A stretch of 39,630 nucleotides of DNA from Candidatus Cloacimonadota bacterium (GTDB lineage Bacteria > Cloacimonadota > Cloacimonadia > Cloacimonadales > TCS61): contig JAYEKK010000120.1 in assembly GCA_034660955.1 (NCBI GenBank), positions 1 through 39,630 of the forward strand, in the 5' to 3' direction. Made by a program: the position numbers and the translations under genes. Below the pieces are notes generated by a model. That model made no database searches and was not told the DNA's origin. It saw only the letters and a program-made list of their open reading frames with translations. Below, piece by piece: positions 7,818 through 18,430 of the stretch; position 1 is the stretch's first letter, and every line of letters starts with the position of its first letter.

Positions 7818-10800
7818 CTATTTCAATAAGATCATTTTCCTAGTTGATGAATAGTTTTTAGAATTCATCTTATAGAAGTAAATTCCACTTGAAACAGCTT
7901 TGTTGTTATTATCTTTGCCATCCCATATGATCACATGAAAGTCTCTTTCAAGTTCTTCATTTACAAGGGTATTAACAAGCTGACCTCTCATATTGTAAAT
8001 GCTAATTGAAACATGACCGGCTTCTTTTGTTGAGAAACTGATCGTTGTTGTCGGGTTGAATGGGTTAGGATAGTTGCCTGTAAGTTCTGTAATAAGCGGT
8101 AAGATATTTTCTGCTCCTGTTCCTGTGTACAGAAAGTTGATCTCTACAAGTTCAGATTCACCAGGGTCATCATAAATAGCTCTTACGCCTGCATCATAGT
8201 ATTCACCATTAACAAGACCATAGAAATCATATTCTAATTCTGCGATATTGCTTACTACCTCTACTTGATCCAAATACACATTATAGCCAGTAAGATCGCG
8301 CATTTCTTCTGCTGGAACATCCCAAGTGAAGTGAGCATAATCTTCGATGCATTCTACTGCCAGATTTTGTGGTGGATTGAATATTGGGTTGTATGTAAAG
8401 GGAACCTCAATAATTACAGATTCTCCTGGATCATCATAAACTGCAGATACTCCAGCTAAATATTCCTGAGCTGGTATGAGATCAGAATAGATGTATTCGA
8501 ATACATCTATGCCAACCGTGGCAAAAGGTGTATTCATGTCATCAAGATAAATATTGTAACCGCTAAGGTCTCTGGTTGTTACATCTGCAATAGTATGAGT
8601 AAAATCGTCGATGTAAAACAAGGGAGTATCTCCTGCAGGAGCGGCTGCAAAAATATCAATTGCACCAAGCTGGCATAATCCGGGAGTACCGGTAGATTGC
8701 AAACTCCATTGCCATGTATGTATGAATACGCCATCTACATAGAATTCAGCCAAGTCTGTATCGAGGTCTATTAATGTTTCAACTTCAAACCAGCTTCCTA
8801 CAGGATGAGTGAAGGTAGCCGCATTAGTACCGCCAGCACTAAGAGTTCCCGAACCGGTGGAACCAAAGTAAGCCTCAAGAGCCCACTCGGTTCTTACTCT
8901 TCTCCACTCAGTAAATTCATGCAGAAGGTTGAAGTAACCACCGTAGGTTGGTTCGATATACATCATGAAGTTTACACTATATGAACCAGTTATGAGATCT
9001 CCAAACGGATGAATAATATCTGATGCTCCCGTGATCTCAATCGAATTACTCGGGCTGTTAGATTGTATATCTACTACATAACAATCATCAGATCCACCAG
9101 GAGAATTACCCCAGGTAAACCAGTCTGTTGATTGAGTACACAGGAAATCACCGGCAGCATATGAATCGAAATTATCAGAGAATATTACACCACCCGGTGC
9201 ATCCCAAGTGAGAGCTCCTGTAGCAGGATCTACTTGGACATTTTCAGGAGGGCTTAATTCTTCTGAAGTATATCTGGCAATAATTCCCCCATTACCCATT
9301 GCGATCCCAAGATTACTATTGGCAAAATCCAATCCCCATAATCCAATAGAACATGGAATTGGTACTGAATTCCAAGTAAGACCACCATCTGTAGTATGAA
9401 ATCCCTCATCAGCGATTGCCCAAACCTCATCTAAGCTTATTGCTGAAACTCTGTTGAAACCATCGGTAGTTCCAACTGGTTGTTGAGTCCATGTAGCTCC
9501 CCCATCTGATGTGTTTAGCATTGTGCCACTATTACCGGCTGCCCAGCCATTTTGGGAATCTACAAAAGAGATATCATATATTGTTTCAGTTGTTCCACTT
9601 GTTTGCTGCATCCATGTTGTACCACCATTATCTGTGTAAAGAATAGTGCCATCTACACCAACGACCCAGCCAATATCTTCAGAAACCATTTCAATACTTT
9701 TAAAATCTACAGTTACACCACTTGTTTGTTGATTCCAGATTGCTCCACCATCAGTAGTATGTAGAATATATCCATCTTTTGCAGCTGCAAAAACCTCTGT
9801 ATTGCTGACTGCCTCGATTCCTATTACATCTTCATATATGCCGGTAAGTTGTTGTGTCCATGTTTCTCCTCCATCCACAGTAGCAAGAATAGGAGTCTGC
9901 CCAGCTTGATCATCACCGGCTGCCCAGCCATGAAGTAGATCAGGAGCGAATGTAATATCCCAGATCCAGTCATCAAAACCAGAATCTTTACCTTCCCAGG
10001 TCAATCCACCGTCATCAGAATGAATTATAAACCCTTTAGTTCCGCAGCCCCATACATTATTTTCATCTACAAAAACAGTTCGTCTTAATCCGGAAGATGT
10101 TCCTGCTCGTTGAGCTATCCAGTTCAATCCTCCATCAGTTGTTTTGTATACTACTCCACCAGAACCTACGATCCAGCCGGTAAGATCATTTACAAAGTGA
10201 GCTCCAAGGAGCCAGTCAAGAGCAAAACTCTGTTCAACCCAAGTTGCACCACCATCGGTTGTAGCTAATATTTCACCATCAATACCTACAGCCCAGAGGT
10301 GATTATTATCACCCATTCCAATTCCATAGAGATTTTCATCACCAGGATTTGTTTGTTCTACCCAGATCGTTCCACCATCAACGGTATGAAGTATTGAATG
10401 CTGCCCAGCTGCCCAGCCTTCATTAACATCATAAAAAATGATATCTTTCATAGAATCAGTAGTAGGATTTGTCTGTGTAGTCCATGTTGTGCCACCATCA
10501 GATGTGTGAATAATGTAATCGCTGGCAGAAACTGCCCAGCCATTAAGGTCATCAATAAAAAAGATCGAATAGATTTTACTGCTTATACCACTGGTTTGTG
10601 CAGTCCAATTTATGCCGCCATCAGAAGTATGAACGATAGTACCATAACTACCAGCTGCCCAACCATTAAGAGCATCAACGAAAATAATGGATTGCAAATT
10701 TGTAGTAGTAGTACTATTTTGGGAAGTCCAACTATTACCACCATCAGTAGTATGGAATATCAGTCCATCATTTCCTGCTACCCATCCTTCTAAATTATCA

Positions 10801-11039
10801 ATAAAACTTACATCATAAAGTCTTTCTGTTGTATTAGTTTCTTGGTATTCCCACGTTGTTCCACCATCTTGTGTATGCATTACAAGACCTTCGCTTAAAA
10901 CTGCCCATCCATCATCTCCAATAAATTGAATTTCGGAAATATACCCTCCTGCTACAAAGTCCCAATCTGCAAATAATGATAGTGAACAAAAGGTGAGCAG
11001 AATAAAACTTAAGATAAAAATTAATTTTTTCTTTTTCAT
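7818..11039 (-). CDS. Large T9SS-sorted secreted protein with about 13 BNR/Asp-box (Ycf48/sortilin-like) repeats forming tandem beta-propellers, plus Fn3-like modules
   Basis: Signal peptide MKKKKLIFILSFILLTFCSLSLFA with an AGGAG RBS. The motif x-T-x-D-G-G-x-T-W recurs about 13 times (HTQDGGTTW, HTTDGGNSW, HTSDGGINW and others). The C-terminus NYPNPFNPTTTISF...GIYFYKM...RKMILLK is a T9SS sorting domain. Confidence 0.85.
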   Translation of the reverse strand: MKKKKLIFILSFILLTFCSLSLFADWDFVAGGYISEIQFIGDDGWAVLSEGLVMHTQDGGTTWEYQETNTTERLYDVSFIDNLEGWVAGNDGLIFHTTDGGNSWTSQNSTTTTNLQSIIFVDALNGWAAGSYGTIVHTSDGGINWTAQTSGISSKIYSIFFIDDLNGWAVSASDYIIHTSDGGTTWTTQTNPTTDSMKDIIFYDVNEGWAAGQHSILHTVDGGTIWVEQTNPGDENLYGIGMGDNNHLWAVGIDGEILATTDGGATWVEQSFALDWLLGAHFVNDLTGWIVGSGGVVYKTTDGGLNWIAQRAGTSSGLRRTVFVDENNVWGCGTKGFIIHSDDGGLTWEGKDSGFDDWIWDITFAPDLLHGWAAGDDQAGQTPILATVDGGETWTQQLTGIYEDVIGIEAVSNTEVFAAAKDGYILHTTDGGAIWNQQTSGVTVDFKSIEMVSEDIGWVVGVDGTILYTDNGGTTWMQQTSGTTETIYDISFVDSQNGWAAGNSGTMLNTSDGGATWTQQPVGTTDGFNRVSAISLDEVWAIADEGFHTTDGGLTWNSVPIPCSIGLWGLDFANSNLGIAMGNGGIIARYTSEELSPPENVQVDPATGALTWDAPGGVIFSDNFDSYAAGDFLCTQSTDWFTWGNSPGGSDDCYVVDIQSNSPSNSIEITGASDIIHPFGDLITGSYSVNFMMYIEPTYGGYFNLLHEFTEWRRVRTEWALEAYFGSTGSGTLSAGGTNAATFTHPVGSWFEVETLIDLDTDLAEFYVDGVFIHTWQWSLQSTGTPGLCQLGAIDIFAAAPAGDTPLFYIDDFTHTIADVTTRDLSGYNIYLDDMNTPFATVGIDVFEYIYSDLIPAQEYLAGVSAVYDDPGESVIIEVPFTYNPIFNPPQNLAVECIEDYAHFTWDVPAEEMRDLTGYNVYLDQVEVVSNIAELEYDFYGLVNGEYYDAGVRAIYDDPGESELVEINFLYTGTGAENILPLITELTGNYPNPFNPTTTISFSTKEAGHVSISIYNMRGQLVNTLVNEELERDFHVIIWDGKDNNNKAVSSGIYFYKMNSKNYSSTRKMILLK

Positions 11040-11691
11040 TTCTTTCTCCTTGTTTTAAGAATAATATTTGTTCAACACAATAATTCGAATTAAAAATCAT
11101 AAATCCGAATTTTTTCTTAGCGAAATTGATATTAATTTTATTTTGGAAATTTGGTTTTATACAAAGTTGTTTCTTCGTTCTTCTCCTATACGCCTTTCAG
11201 ATAAAATTCTTCTTTCAAATTTAACAGGGATATCTTGCTTTCTTCTCTCAATTGTTCTCCTATTGATAATATTACGTTTAATCATTTAATTCTCCTTTTT
11301 TAATTTTATAAGAAGATTTTTTCTTGATCTTCTCTCATAATATTTTTTAAGTTGCTGAATAATAGGATTTAAAAATGAATTGTTATTTCTTGTATTATTC
11401 ACTAAAATACTCATTTGAACAAGATTAAATAATTGATATTTTAAGTGAAGATTAATACTTTTGACAGTTTCAACAGTTCCATATTTTTTTAATTTGTTCA
11501 TAGTACACCACAAAATTGATCTTTTTAATATAAATTTAGAATTTCATTTCTACTTAGAAAATTTCTTTTAAAAATCAATCACATAATACATGAAACAAAT
11601 AAATATATTTGCTTTTACAAAGTCAATATTTTAACAATATTTTTTGCAAATATAATTTAAACGTTAAATAAATATATCTATTTTCATCGAG

Positions 11692-11726
11692 AAAAAAAAT
11701 GCCCTGACGATAAAATCATCAAGGCA
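11692..11726 (-). terminator. Rho-independent terminator downstream of the S8 protease gene
   Basis: On the minus-strand RNA: UGCCUUGAUGA-UUUUA-UCGUCAGGGCA (11-bp stem including 2 G-U pairs), followed by a run of 8 U. Confidence 0.7.
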
Positions 11727-11787
11727 AATTCTACTATTTCATATACAAGAGAAGACTTCTCTTACAATGATGTTAGGGTAAAACCTA

Positions 11788-14700
11788 TTATTTCAGTAAG
11801 ATCATTTTCCTTGCAGAGGAATAGTTTTTAGAATTCATCTTATAGAAGTAAATTCCACTTGAAACAGCTTTGTTGTTATTATCTCTACCATTCCATGATG
11901 TAAAGTGAACACCTTCCTGCAAGCTCTCTGAGACCAGAGTTCTTACAAGCTGCCCGCGCGTGTTGTAAATTTTCAAGCTCACAAAACCATCTTCTTTGAT
12001 ACTGAAACTGATATTAGTATCAGGATTGAATGGATTAGGATAGTTCTTGCTCAGCTCATTTATGAATACTGGAACTACTTCCGGTTCAATTCCCGATGTA
12101 GGATCAAAAGCATTACCTGTTCTTTGGGGATTACGCTTGAAGTTTGCCCAACGAATTTGGCCAACAGGATTTTTGTAATCGATCAGATAGTATGAAGTTT
12201 GGTTTGCCACCAATATTTCAATATCATCATCATCATCAGCTAATCCTAAGGCAGGAGCTACTTTAATAGGATTTCCTAAATTTATTGGGAACATGAAGGT
12301 TTCATTGCCTGTGATATCTATTGAATGCAGGTTTCCCGCATCATCTCCAAACACAATATCAGGAGTTCCATTTGCGTCCATATCAACAATAACAGGAGTA
12401 GATTCAACTATTTCACCGATGCTTACAGGGAAATTTGGAAGATTATTCCCAGCTTGGTCTAAAAGATAAATATTACCTGGTTGATCTATAAAACAAATAT
12501 CGCTAGTTCCATTATTATCGAAGTCTGTAGCTACCAATCCTGTACGAATTTGAGCACCTACATCCAAATCCCAGATAAGAGAACCGTCATTATCTATCAC
12601 ATAAACAACACCTAGTGTTGTGGCGATCATTACTTCGGGATCATTATCGGTATCTGCGTTAAATATACTAGGACCCTGAACTGAACCTAAACCGATATCG
12701 TAAGGCCAACCGGAAAGATTGGAACCCGTATTGGAAGAGATCGCATTTAGAGAACCTGTAACTGTTGTTACTATAACTTCAAGATTTCCATCACCATTCA
12801 AATCAGCCACAGCAGCAGAAGACATTACTGGAGCACTCAGAGAAGCCGGGAAATTAGCAAAGGAGGTGCCATCTGAGTTTATTATGTGAACCGCTCCGGT
12901 TGGGTATGTACAAACAATAACTTCCATTGTGCCATTATCATCAACGTCGGCAATTATCGGATTACTCTTTAAAATTCCACCCGCCACATAGTCAAAAAGA
13001 ATATTCCCACCATTATCATAAGCGATCACATGACCGGCATCATTACCAATAACAATATCTTCAATGTTGTCACCATCTACAAAACCAACTGCAACAGCAA
13101 CTGCGATATTAGAACCGGTATCAATAGGGAATGGGGCAACAGGTGTTCCATCTGCATTCATAACATGGATCATTCCTTCATAATCACCGAAGATTATTTC
13201 TCTTGAACCATCATCCTCAAGGTCTACAATAGCTCCGCTCGAGGTAGAAGCACTTCCTAAAACCAAAGGCCAACCAGCTTGAGCCAGGGTTAGTTCAACC
13301 ATTAGTTCAAGTTCTGCCACGTAAGGCCAGGCAGCACTAGGATTAGCCGAAATGCTCATAGTAAAAGGAATGGAATAATCAGAGAGTCCGGGAGGTGTTT
13401 CAAAACTAAAAGGATCACCTGAATTCCAGCCGTTAGATCCTGAAGAAATATCTGCATAAATCATTTCATCATTTAGTATCGTTACTTCAGCAACTTCGCA
13501 ACTGAGAGTAGCTGTAATATCTTCTGCATCAAGCCAGAATCCGTCATTTTCTATATTGATAGAAAGGTTTATAACTTCACCAGGATTTGGCACGCCATCA
13601 CCATCACCAGTTTGTTCGGTTATTGCAATTTCTGCAATAGAGAGTTTTGGGATAAGATCGTACATTGCTCCTTTAAAAGAATTAACACGTCCGCTTCCTA
13701 ACATGCCAACGTACACTGGATCATTAACATCTTCTATGTCATCGCATGTATATTCCAATCTGGTTTTTAACTCTGCAGGTGTTAAATCTGGATGTAAAGA
13801 TTTTATAAGACCAGCAACACCGGCTGCAACTGGAGAAGCCATCGAAGTTCCATTAAAATATGCATAACCATTTCCACCTATTATTGTAGAGTATATATTT
13901 GATCCCGGTGCAGAAACATCAACCGTGGTTCCATAATTTGAAAAATTGGATTTCACATCACTATCCGGACCGGTAGAAGCAACACAAACTGCATTTGTAG
14001 CACTACCAGGATAATGTGGCACACCTCCGATATTCTGATTATCATTACCGGCAGCAGCAACAACAATAGAACCATGACTCATGGCATAATTTACGGCATT
14101 ATTAGCGGTAGTTCCACTACCACCACCGCCCCAGCTACAATTAATGACATCAGCACCTGAATCTGCACAATAATAAATTCCAGAATAACCATTTTGGATA
14201 TAAGGAGAGTATGTAAAATCGGGTGAATGGCGGGATGAGATTAACTTAACATTCATCATAGGACCAGTTACACCAAGGTTATTGTCTCCTACTGCACCAG
14301 CACATCCGGCTACATGAGTTCCATGGTCATTATCGACATATCCCTGATAAGATTGGTTATTATTATTATAGAAGTTCCAACCAATGCAATCGTCTACCTT
14401 TCCATTTCCATCATCATCTAAACCATTACCACCGGAAACAGTTCCATTTGTCCAGTTTATGGTCATGGAATTTCCGCCGGACGTAGAATTAAGCTCAGGT
14501 TCATTGATCCAGATATTATCCTGCAGGTCAGGATGGTTCCATTTGATACCGGAATCTACAATACCGATAATGACTTCATCACTTCCCGTTGTATAATCCC
14601 AGGCGGGTTCGCTTTGTATAAACTGATGATACCACTGCGAACTATAAGCAGTATCATTAGGGACATAATCAGTTTTATATATCGGATCAAACTCAGCATA

Positions 14701-15078
14701 GATAATATTTGGATCGGCAGAGAGTGCTTTCAAAGCCTCATCAATAGAATCATTATTTTTCAAAGTAATATAATAAATACATCTTGGGTATAATCCGTTA
14801 TCGTTCCAATCAAGATCTTTAAGGGAAGTAATAGCTTGCTTCAGATCAACAAAAAGAAAATCTTCTGCAATTCTATCGAAACTTGCAATTCCTGTTTCAA
14901 CAATACCATCACTAACTTCATGTTCCAAAATTCCTTCTCTGTTACCAATAGCATCCCATTCAAACCCAACAATTATTCTGTTAGGTTGAAAATTTCCCTC
15001 ATTAAATGGAATTACCACATCGGCAAAAAGCGATGTTAATAATAACACAATTACAATAAATAAAAATAACTTTTTCAT
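11788..15078 (-). CDS. Subtilisin-like (S8) serine protease with FG-GAP/VCBS-type repeats and T9SS C-terminal sorting domain
   Basis: Signal peptide with an AAGGAG RBS. Catalytic triad contexts are present: IGIVDSGI (Asp), DHGTHVAG (His), GTSMASPVAAG (Ser). Calcium-binding-like DxDxDG repeats recur (ADVDDNGTMEVIV, ADLNGDGNLEVIV, VDMDANGTPDIVFGDD). The C-terminus NYPNPFNPDTNISF...RKMILLK is a T9SS sorting domain. Confidence 0.9.
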   Translation of the reverse strand: MKKLFLFIVIVLLLTSLFADVVIPFNEGNFQPNRIIVGFEWDAIGNREGILEHEVSDGIVETGIASFDRIAEDFLFVDLKQAITSLKDLDWNDNGLYPRCIYYITLKNNDSIDEALKALSADPNIIYAEFDPIYKTDYVPNDTAYSSQWYHQFIQSEPAWDYTTGSDEVIIGIVDSGIKWNHPDLQDNIWINEPELNSTSGGNSMTINWTNGTVSGGNGLDDDGNGKVDDCIGWNFYNNNNQSYQGYVDNDHGTHVAGCAGAVGDNNLGVTGPMMNVKLISSRHSPDFTYSPYIQNGYSGIYYCADSGADVINCSWGGGGSGTTANNAVNYAMSHGSIVVAAAGNDNQNIGGVPHYPGSATNAVCVASTGPDSDVKSNFSNYGTTVDVSAPGSNIYSTIIGGNGYAYFNGTSMASPVAAGVAGLIKSLHPDLTPAELKTRLEYTCDDIEDVNDPVYVGMLGSGRVNSFKGAMYDLIPKLSIAEIAITEQTGDGDGVPNPGEVINLSINIENDGFWLDAEDITATLSCEVAEVTILNDEMIYADISSGSNGWNSGDPFSFETPPGLSDYSIPFTMSISANPSAAWPYVAELELMVELTLAQAGWPLVLGSASTSSGAIVDLEDDGSREIIFGDYEGMIHVMNADGTPVAPFPIDTGSNIAVAVAVGFVDGDNIEDIVIGNDAGHVIAYDNGGNILFDYVAGGILKSNPIIADVDDNGTMEVIVCTYPTGAVHIINSDGTSFANFPASLSAPVMSSAAVADLNGDGNLEVIVTTVTGSLNAISSNTGSNLSGWPYDIGLGSVQGPSIFNADTDNDPEVMIATTLGVVYVIDNDGSLIWDLDVGAQIRTGLVATDFDNNGTSDICFIDQPGNIYLLDQAGNNLPNFPVSIGEIVESTPVIVDMDANGTPDIVFGDDAGNLHSIDITGNETFMFPINLGNPIKVAPALGLADDDDDIEILVANQTSYYLIDYKNPVGQIRWANFKRNPQRTGNAFDPTSGIEPEVVPVFINELSKNYPNPFNPDTNISFSIKEDGFVSLKIYNTRGQLVRTLVSESLQEGVHFTSWNGRDNNNKAVSSGIYFYKMNSKNYSSARKMILLK

Positions 15079-15349
15079 AACTACTCCTTATAATTAATTT
15101 TTTTATTTTTGAAATAAGTGAAAACAATATATCACCTATATTTCTAACAAACTGCATATAAAGGAATTATATGCTATTTATTTTGATTTTCAATAAAACA
15201 GAAACTCAATATATTTGTCAAGAAAAGCAAGAGTTCTATTTAAATAAATATCCACAAATATATATGCAAAAATTGTTCCGCAATATACAGAACTATATCA
15301 ATAACAGTTTTGACTTTACAAATATCCATAATTATTAGATTGATCTCTT

Positions 15350-16192
15350 ATGAAAAAGGTAGTAGAATGTAATTATGAATTATTAGATTGCGGTGAATTT
15401 GAGAAATTAGAACAAATCGGAGAAGTAATTATTTGCCGACCTGCATTACAGGCTACATGGAAGCGAAAACTTGATGATAATATCTGGCAACACTATCATG
15501 CTAAATTTGATCAAGCAAAAAATATATGGACTAATGTTCCAGATGGAAAATTGCCATATTTTGAATGTAACAATTTAACTCTTGAGCTAAGGTTATCTCC
15601 CAATAGACAGATAGGTATCTTCCCTGAGCAATTAATAAATTGGCAGTGGCTGAGAGAAGTGATCTCTCAAGCAAACCGACCTCTGAATATCTTAAATGGA
15701 TTTGCTTATACGGGTGCATCTACCCTTATTTCATCTACAAAAGGGACTACTCTTACCCACATTGATGCTTCTTCAAGCAGTGTGAATTGGGCAAAACAGA
15801 ACTGCCGATTATCTAATTTAGAAAATAATAATATCCGTTGGATCGTTGATGATATAATTACTTTTCTTTCTCGTGAGGTTAAACGTGGTTCTGTTTATGA
15901 TGGGATAATCTTGGATCCACCTGCTTTTGGTCATGGGAAAAAAGGGGCTATTTGGAAGATAAGAAGAGATTTGCCAAAATTAATGAAATTAGTTGATAAA
16001 CTTTTAAGTAACAATCCGGAATTTATAATTCTATCATGTCACGATAAAAATTATAAACAGCGTGAATTACAAGATGAGCTTACAAAATTACAAAGTTTAA
16101 AAAACGGAAAAATTGAAACAATAGACTTAAAAATTGAATCGGAAACCGGTAATGACCTAACTGCAGGGAAATGTGCCAGATGGAAAAAATAA
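15350..16192 (+). CDS. Class I SAM-dependent methyltransferase, COG1092 (RlmI-like catalytic domain without PUA)
   Basis: LNGFAYTGASTL, HIDASSSSVNWAKQN and ILDPPAFGHGKKG align with the RlmI-type fold. The substrate cannot be assigned. Confidence 0.7.
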   Translation: MKKVVECNYELLDCGEFEKLEQIGEVIICRPALQATWKRKLDDNIWQHYHAKFDQAKNIWTNVPDGKLPYFECNNLTLELRLSPNRQIGIFPEQLINWQWLREVISQANRPLNILNGFAYTGASTLISSTKGTTLTHIDASSSSVNWAKQNCRLSNLENNNIRWIVDDIITFLSREVKRGSVYDGIILDPPAFGHGKKGAIWKIRRDLPKLMKLVDKLLSNNPEFIILSCHDKNYKQRELQDELTKLQSLKNGKIETIDLKIESETGNDLTAGKCARWKK

Positions 16193-16216
16193 AACGCCCC
16201 AACAAAAGGGCGTTTT
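16191..16216. terminator. Bidirectional rho-independent terminator between convergent genes
   Basis: AAAACGCCC-CAACAAAA-GGGCGTTTT has a 9-bp stem flanked by A-run and T-run, so either strand ends in a U-tract. Confidence 0.75.
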
Positions 16217-16240
16217 ATTTATACTGTAATGTAAAACTAT

Positions 16241-18430
16241 TTATTTGATCAACAACATCTTTTTAGAAACTTCAGAAATTTCTGTTTTCATCTTCACAAA
16301 GTACATTCCACTAGAAGTAAAATTACCATTGTTATCTTTTCCATTCCAAACAAAGTTTGTGTTTTGCACAATTTCATTATTCACAAGTGTTTTAACAAGC
16401 TGTCCTTTTATATTAAATATCTCAACTGATACGGGCTGCTGAATATCATTCTCATTTATTGAAAGAGCAATATTAGTAGTTGGATTAAATGGATTTGGAT
16501 AAACAGAGATAGAGTTAACAGCAACTACATTAACTGTGTTGTCTTCAGAATCTGTTGGTTCCAATTCGTAAGGAGTTGGACCCCCATAAGCACCCATATC
16601 GTTTCTTGATCCATCAAGATCGTTGTACATTGCATCAGGATTACCGGCATTTATGCAAGGTGAACCAGCCTGCAGCCACCAAGATGCAGAAAGTCCATTA
16701 TAGTCTGTTCCATCTCCTGCTGTTGGTGCCACGAAGAGTGGATCTTCATCAATATTACCCTCACCTGCAAATCCACCCGTTACACAACTATATGTAATTT
16801 CAGGAGTACTTAGATAATATATCACACCATTATCTATAATGATTGAGTTAGTAATAACCGGAACTGAATTCAACAAGAACATCAGATATGAGGTTGAATT
16901 AGTCGATTCATTATTGGCAATGGTATTATTAGTAATTATTGCATTAGAATTATTCGATAAGTTGAATGCACCCCATTGTCCCGTATTATTCACGATCACA
17001 TTATTTGTGATCTCAGGAGAAGATGTATTACAGATTATGCCACCCGTATTACCTGAATTTGTATTATTGGCAATAATACTTTGTGAGATCAAAACATTGT
17101 CAGACCCGATAATCTCTATTGCAGAGCTGTTATTATCAAATATCCTACAGCCGATAATATCTACTTTAGAGTCGCCCTCAATCTTGATCGCAGAAACAGC
17201 AGTATTAGAAATCTCACAGTTAGAAAGAAGATTGTCTTCTTGAGTATTAAAAAATCTTATACCATTCCAAGAAGTATCTGAAGTGAAAACAATTGGTTCA
17301 CCTCTTGCCGAAGAAGCATCGGCCAATAGAAGCCCATTTATTGTAAATTGAACATCACTATCAAACTGTAATACAACATCTTCATTGATAACTAATTCTT
17401 CACCTTCTGCAATTTCAATATCACCGGATATTATATAAGGACTATAGTTAGTTACCCAATTACCAGAAAGAGCACCAGAGACATTTGAACCATCTGTTAC
17501 GGTTATATAATCTTCAATAGTAATTTCAGCGAATTCTCCATCAACCTCAATTCTAAGAGTAACATCAAATACTCCAGGCTCTGTATAGAAATGGAAAGGA
17601 TTTTCTTCTGTGCTGTCAAAAATTCCATCACCATCAAAGTCCCATTCCCAGCTTTCGATTCCTGTTTGTGGAAACGATGTACTTGTAAATTGAACACCAA
17701 GATGAGCAGGACCTTCTGTTATGTTAGTACTAAACATAGGAAGTACCCCGGTAAACATAGTTGAAATCCCTTGTAGGACTACATGATTAGTCCCAAGTGT
17801 TTGAACTAATACAATTCCTTTCAAATTTATTAAATCCCAACTCGGATCCATTGGAAAAGAAAATTCATAACTACCTGTTTGACCAACAGAAGTTAAATCA
17901 AAAACTGTAGATTGATCATAGGCAACAGCAGTACTGAACCAAACTTCATCAAAATTGTAGGTTAGTATATAAATAACCTTATTATTTGTTGTTGTGATAT
18001 TGTTTGTTACTTCAATATCCGCAGTAAGGACTAGCTCATTCTGTCCTGAAACCATCATAGAGAGCTCCATAGATAGTGGACTATCATTATTTACAATTGA
18101 GTTATATTGCGGTTGATAATTCATGGGGTTGTTGGGGTAACCTCCAACAATAGGTATTGTTCCTCCAAATTGGGCATGAGGGACACCGCCAACATTGTAC
18201 AAACTGCCCCGTGTACTATAACCAGGGCTTGGATTTGGACCTCCGCTTTCCCATAATATAGGTATTAAGTAATCATTACTATTATTCAAATTAAGCAGCC
18301 CTTCCAGGGCTGATGGACAATATTGTCAGCCACTATAAGAGGCAAAAACTTCTCCAACTACCTCAATTTGAGTAGCATACACGAACAAAACGGACATTAG
18401 CATAACTATTAATAATAAAATCTTTTTCAT
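16241..18430 (-). CDS. T9SS-sorted secreted protein: N-terminal thioredoxin-like domain with in-frame TGA at codon 35 (candidate selenocysteine, motif U-Q-Y-C-P), PKD domain, parallel beta-helix repeats
   Basis: An AGGAGG RBS lies 7 nt before ATG 18430, followed by the signal peptide MKKILLLIVMLMSVLFVYA. A single TGA occurs at 18326-18328 and the frame is otherwise open to 16241. A PKD signature is present (WEWDFDGDGIFDSTEENPFHFYTEPGVFDVTLRI), along with PbH1-like repeats (ITNNVIVNN, ITNNTIANN, ITNSIIIDN). The C-terminus VYPNPFNPTTNIAL...GMYFVKM...KKMLLIK is a T9SS sorting domain. Confidence 0.65.
18296..18312 (-). promoter_or_regulatory. SECIS-like hairpin downstream of the in-frame UGA
   Basis: On the mRNA strand the sequence is CAGCCCU-GGA-AGGGCUG (7-bp perfect stem, GGA loop). 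It begins 13 nt after the UGA at 18326-18328. Confidence 0.55.

Noticed and set aside
10398-10793. 131-aa plus-strand ORF, and similar plus-strand ORFs inside 7818-15078 (8265-8459, 9208-9399, 9552-9764, 13556-13867, 14384-14793, 14836-15039).
   Set aside because: They are antisense to the two giant secreted-protein genes, whose repeat motifs and catalytic triad are unambiguous.
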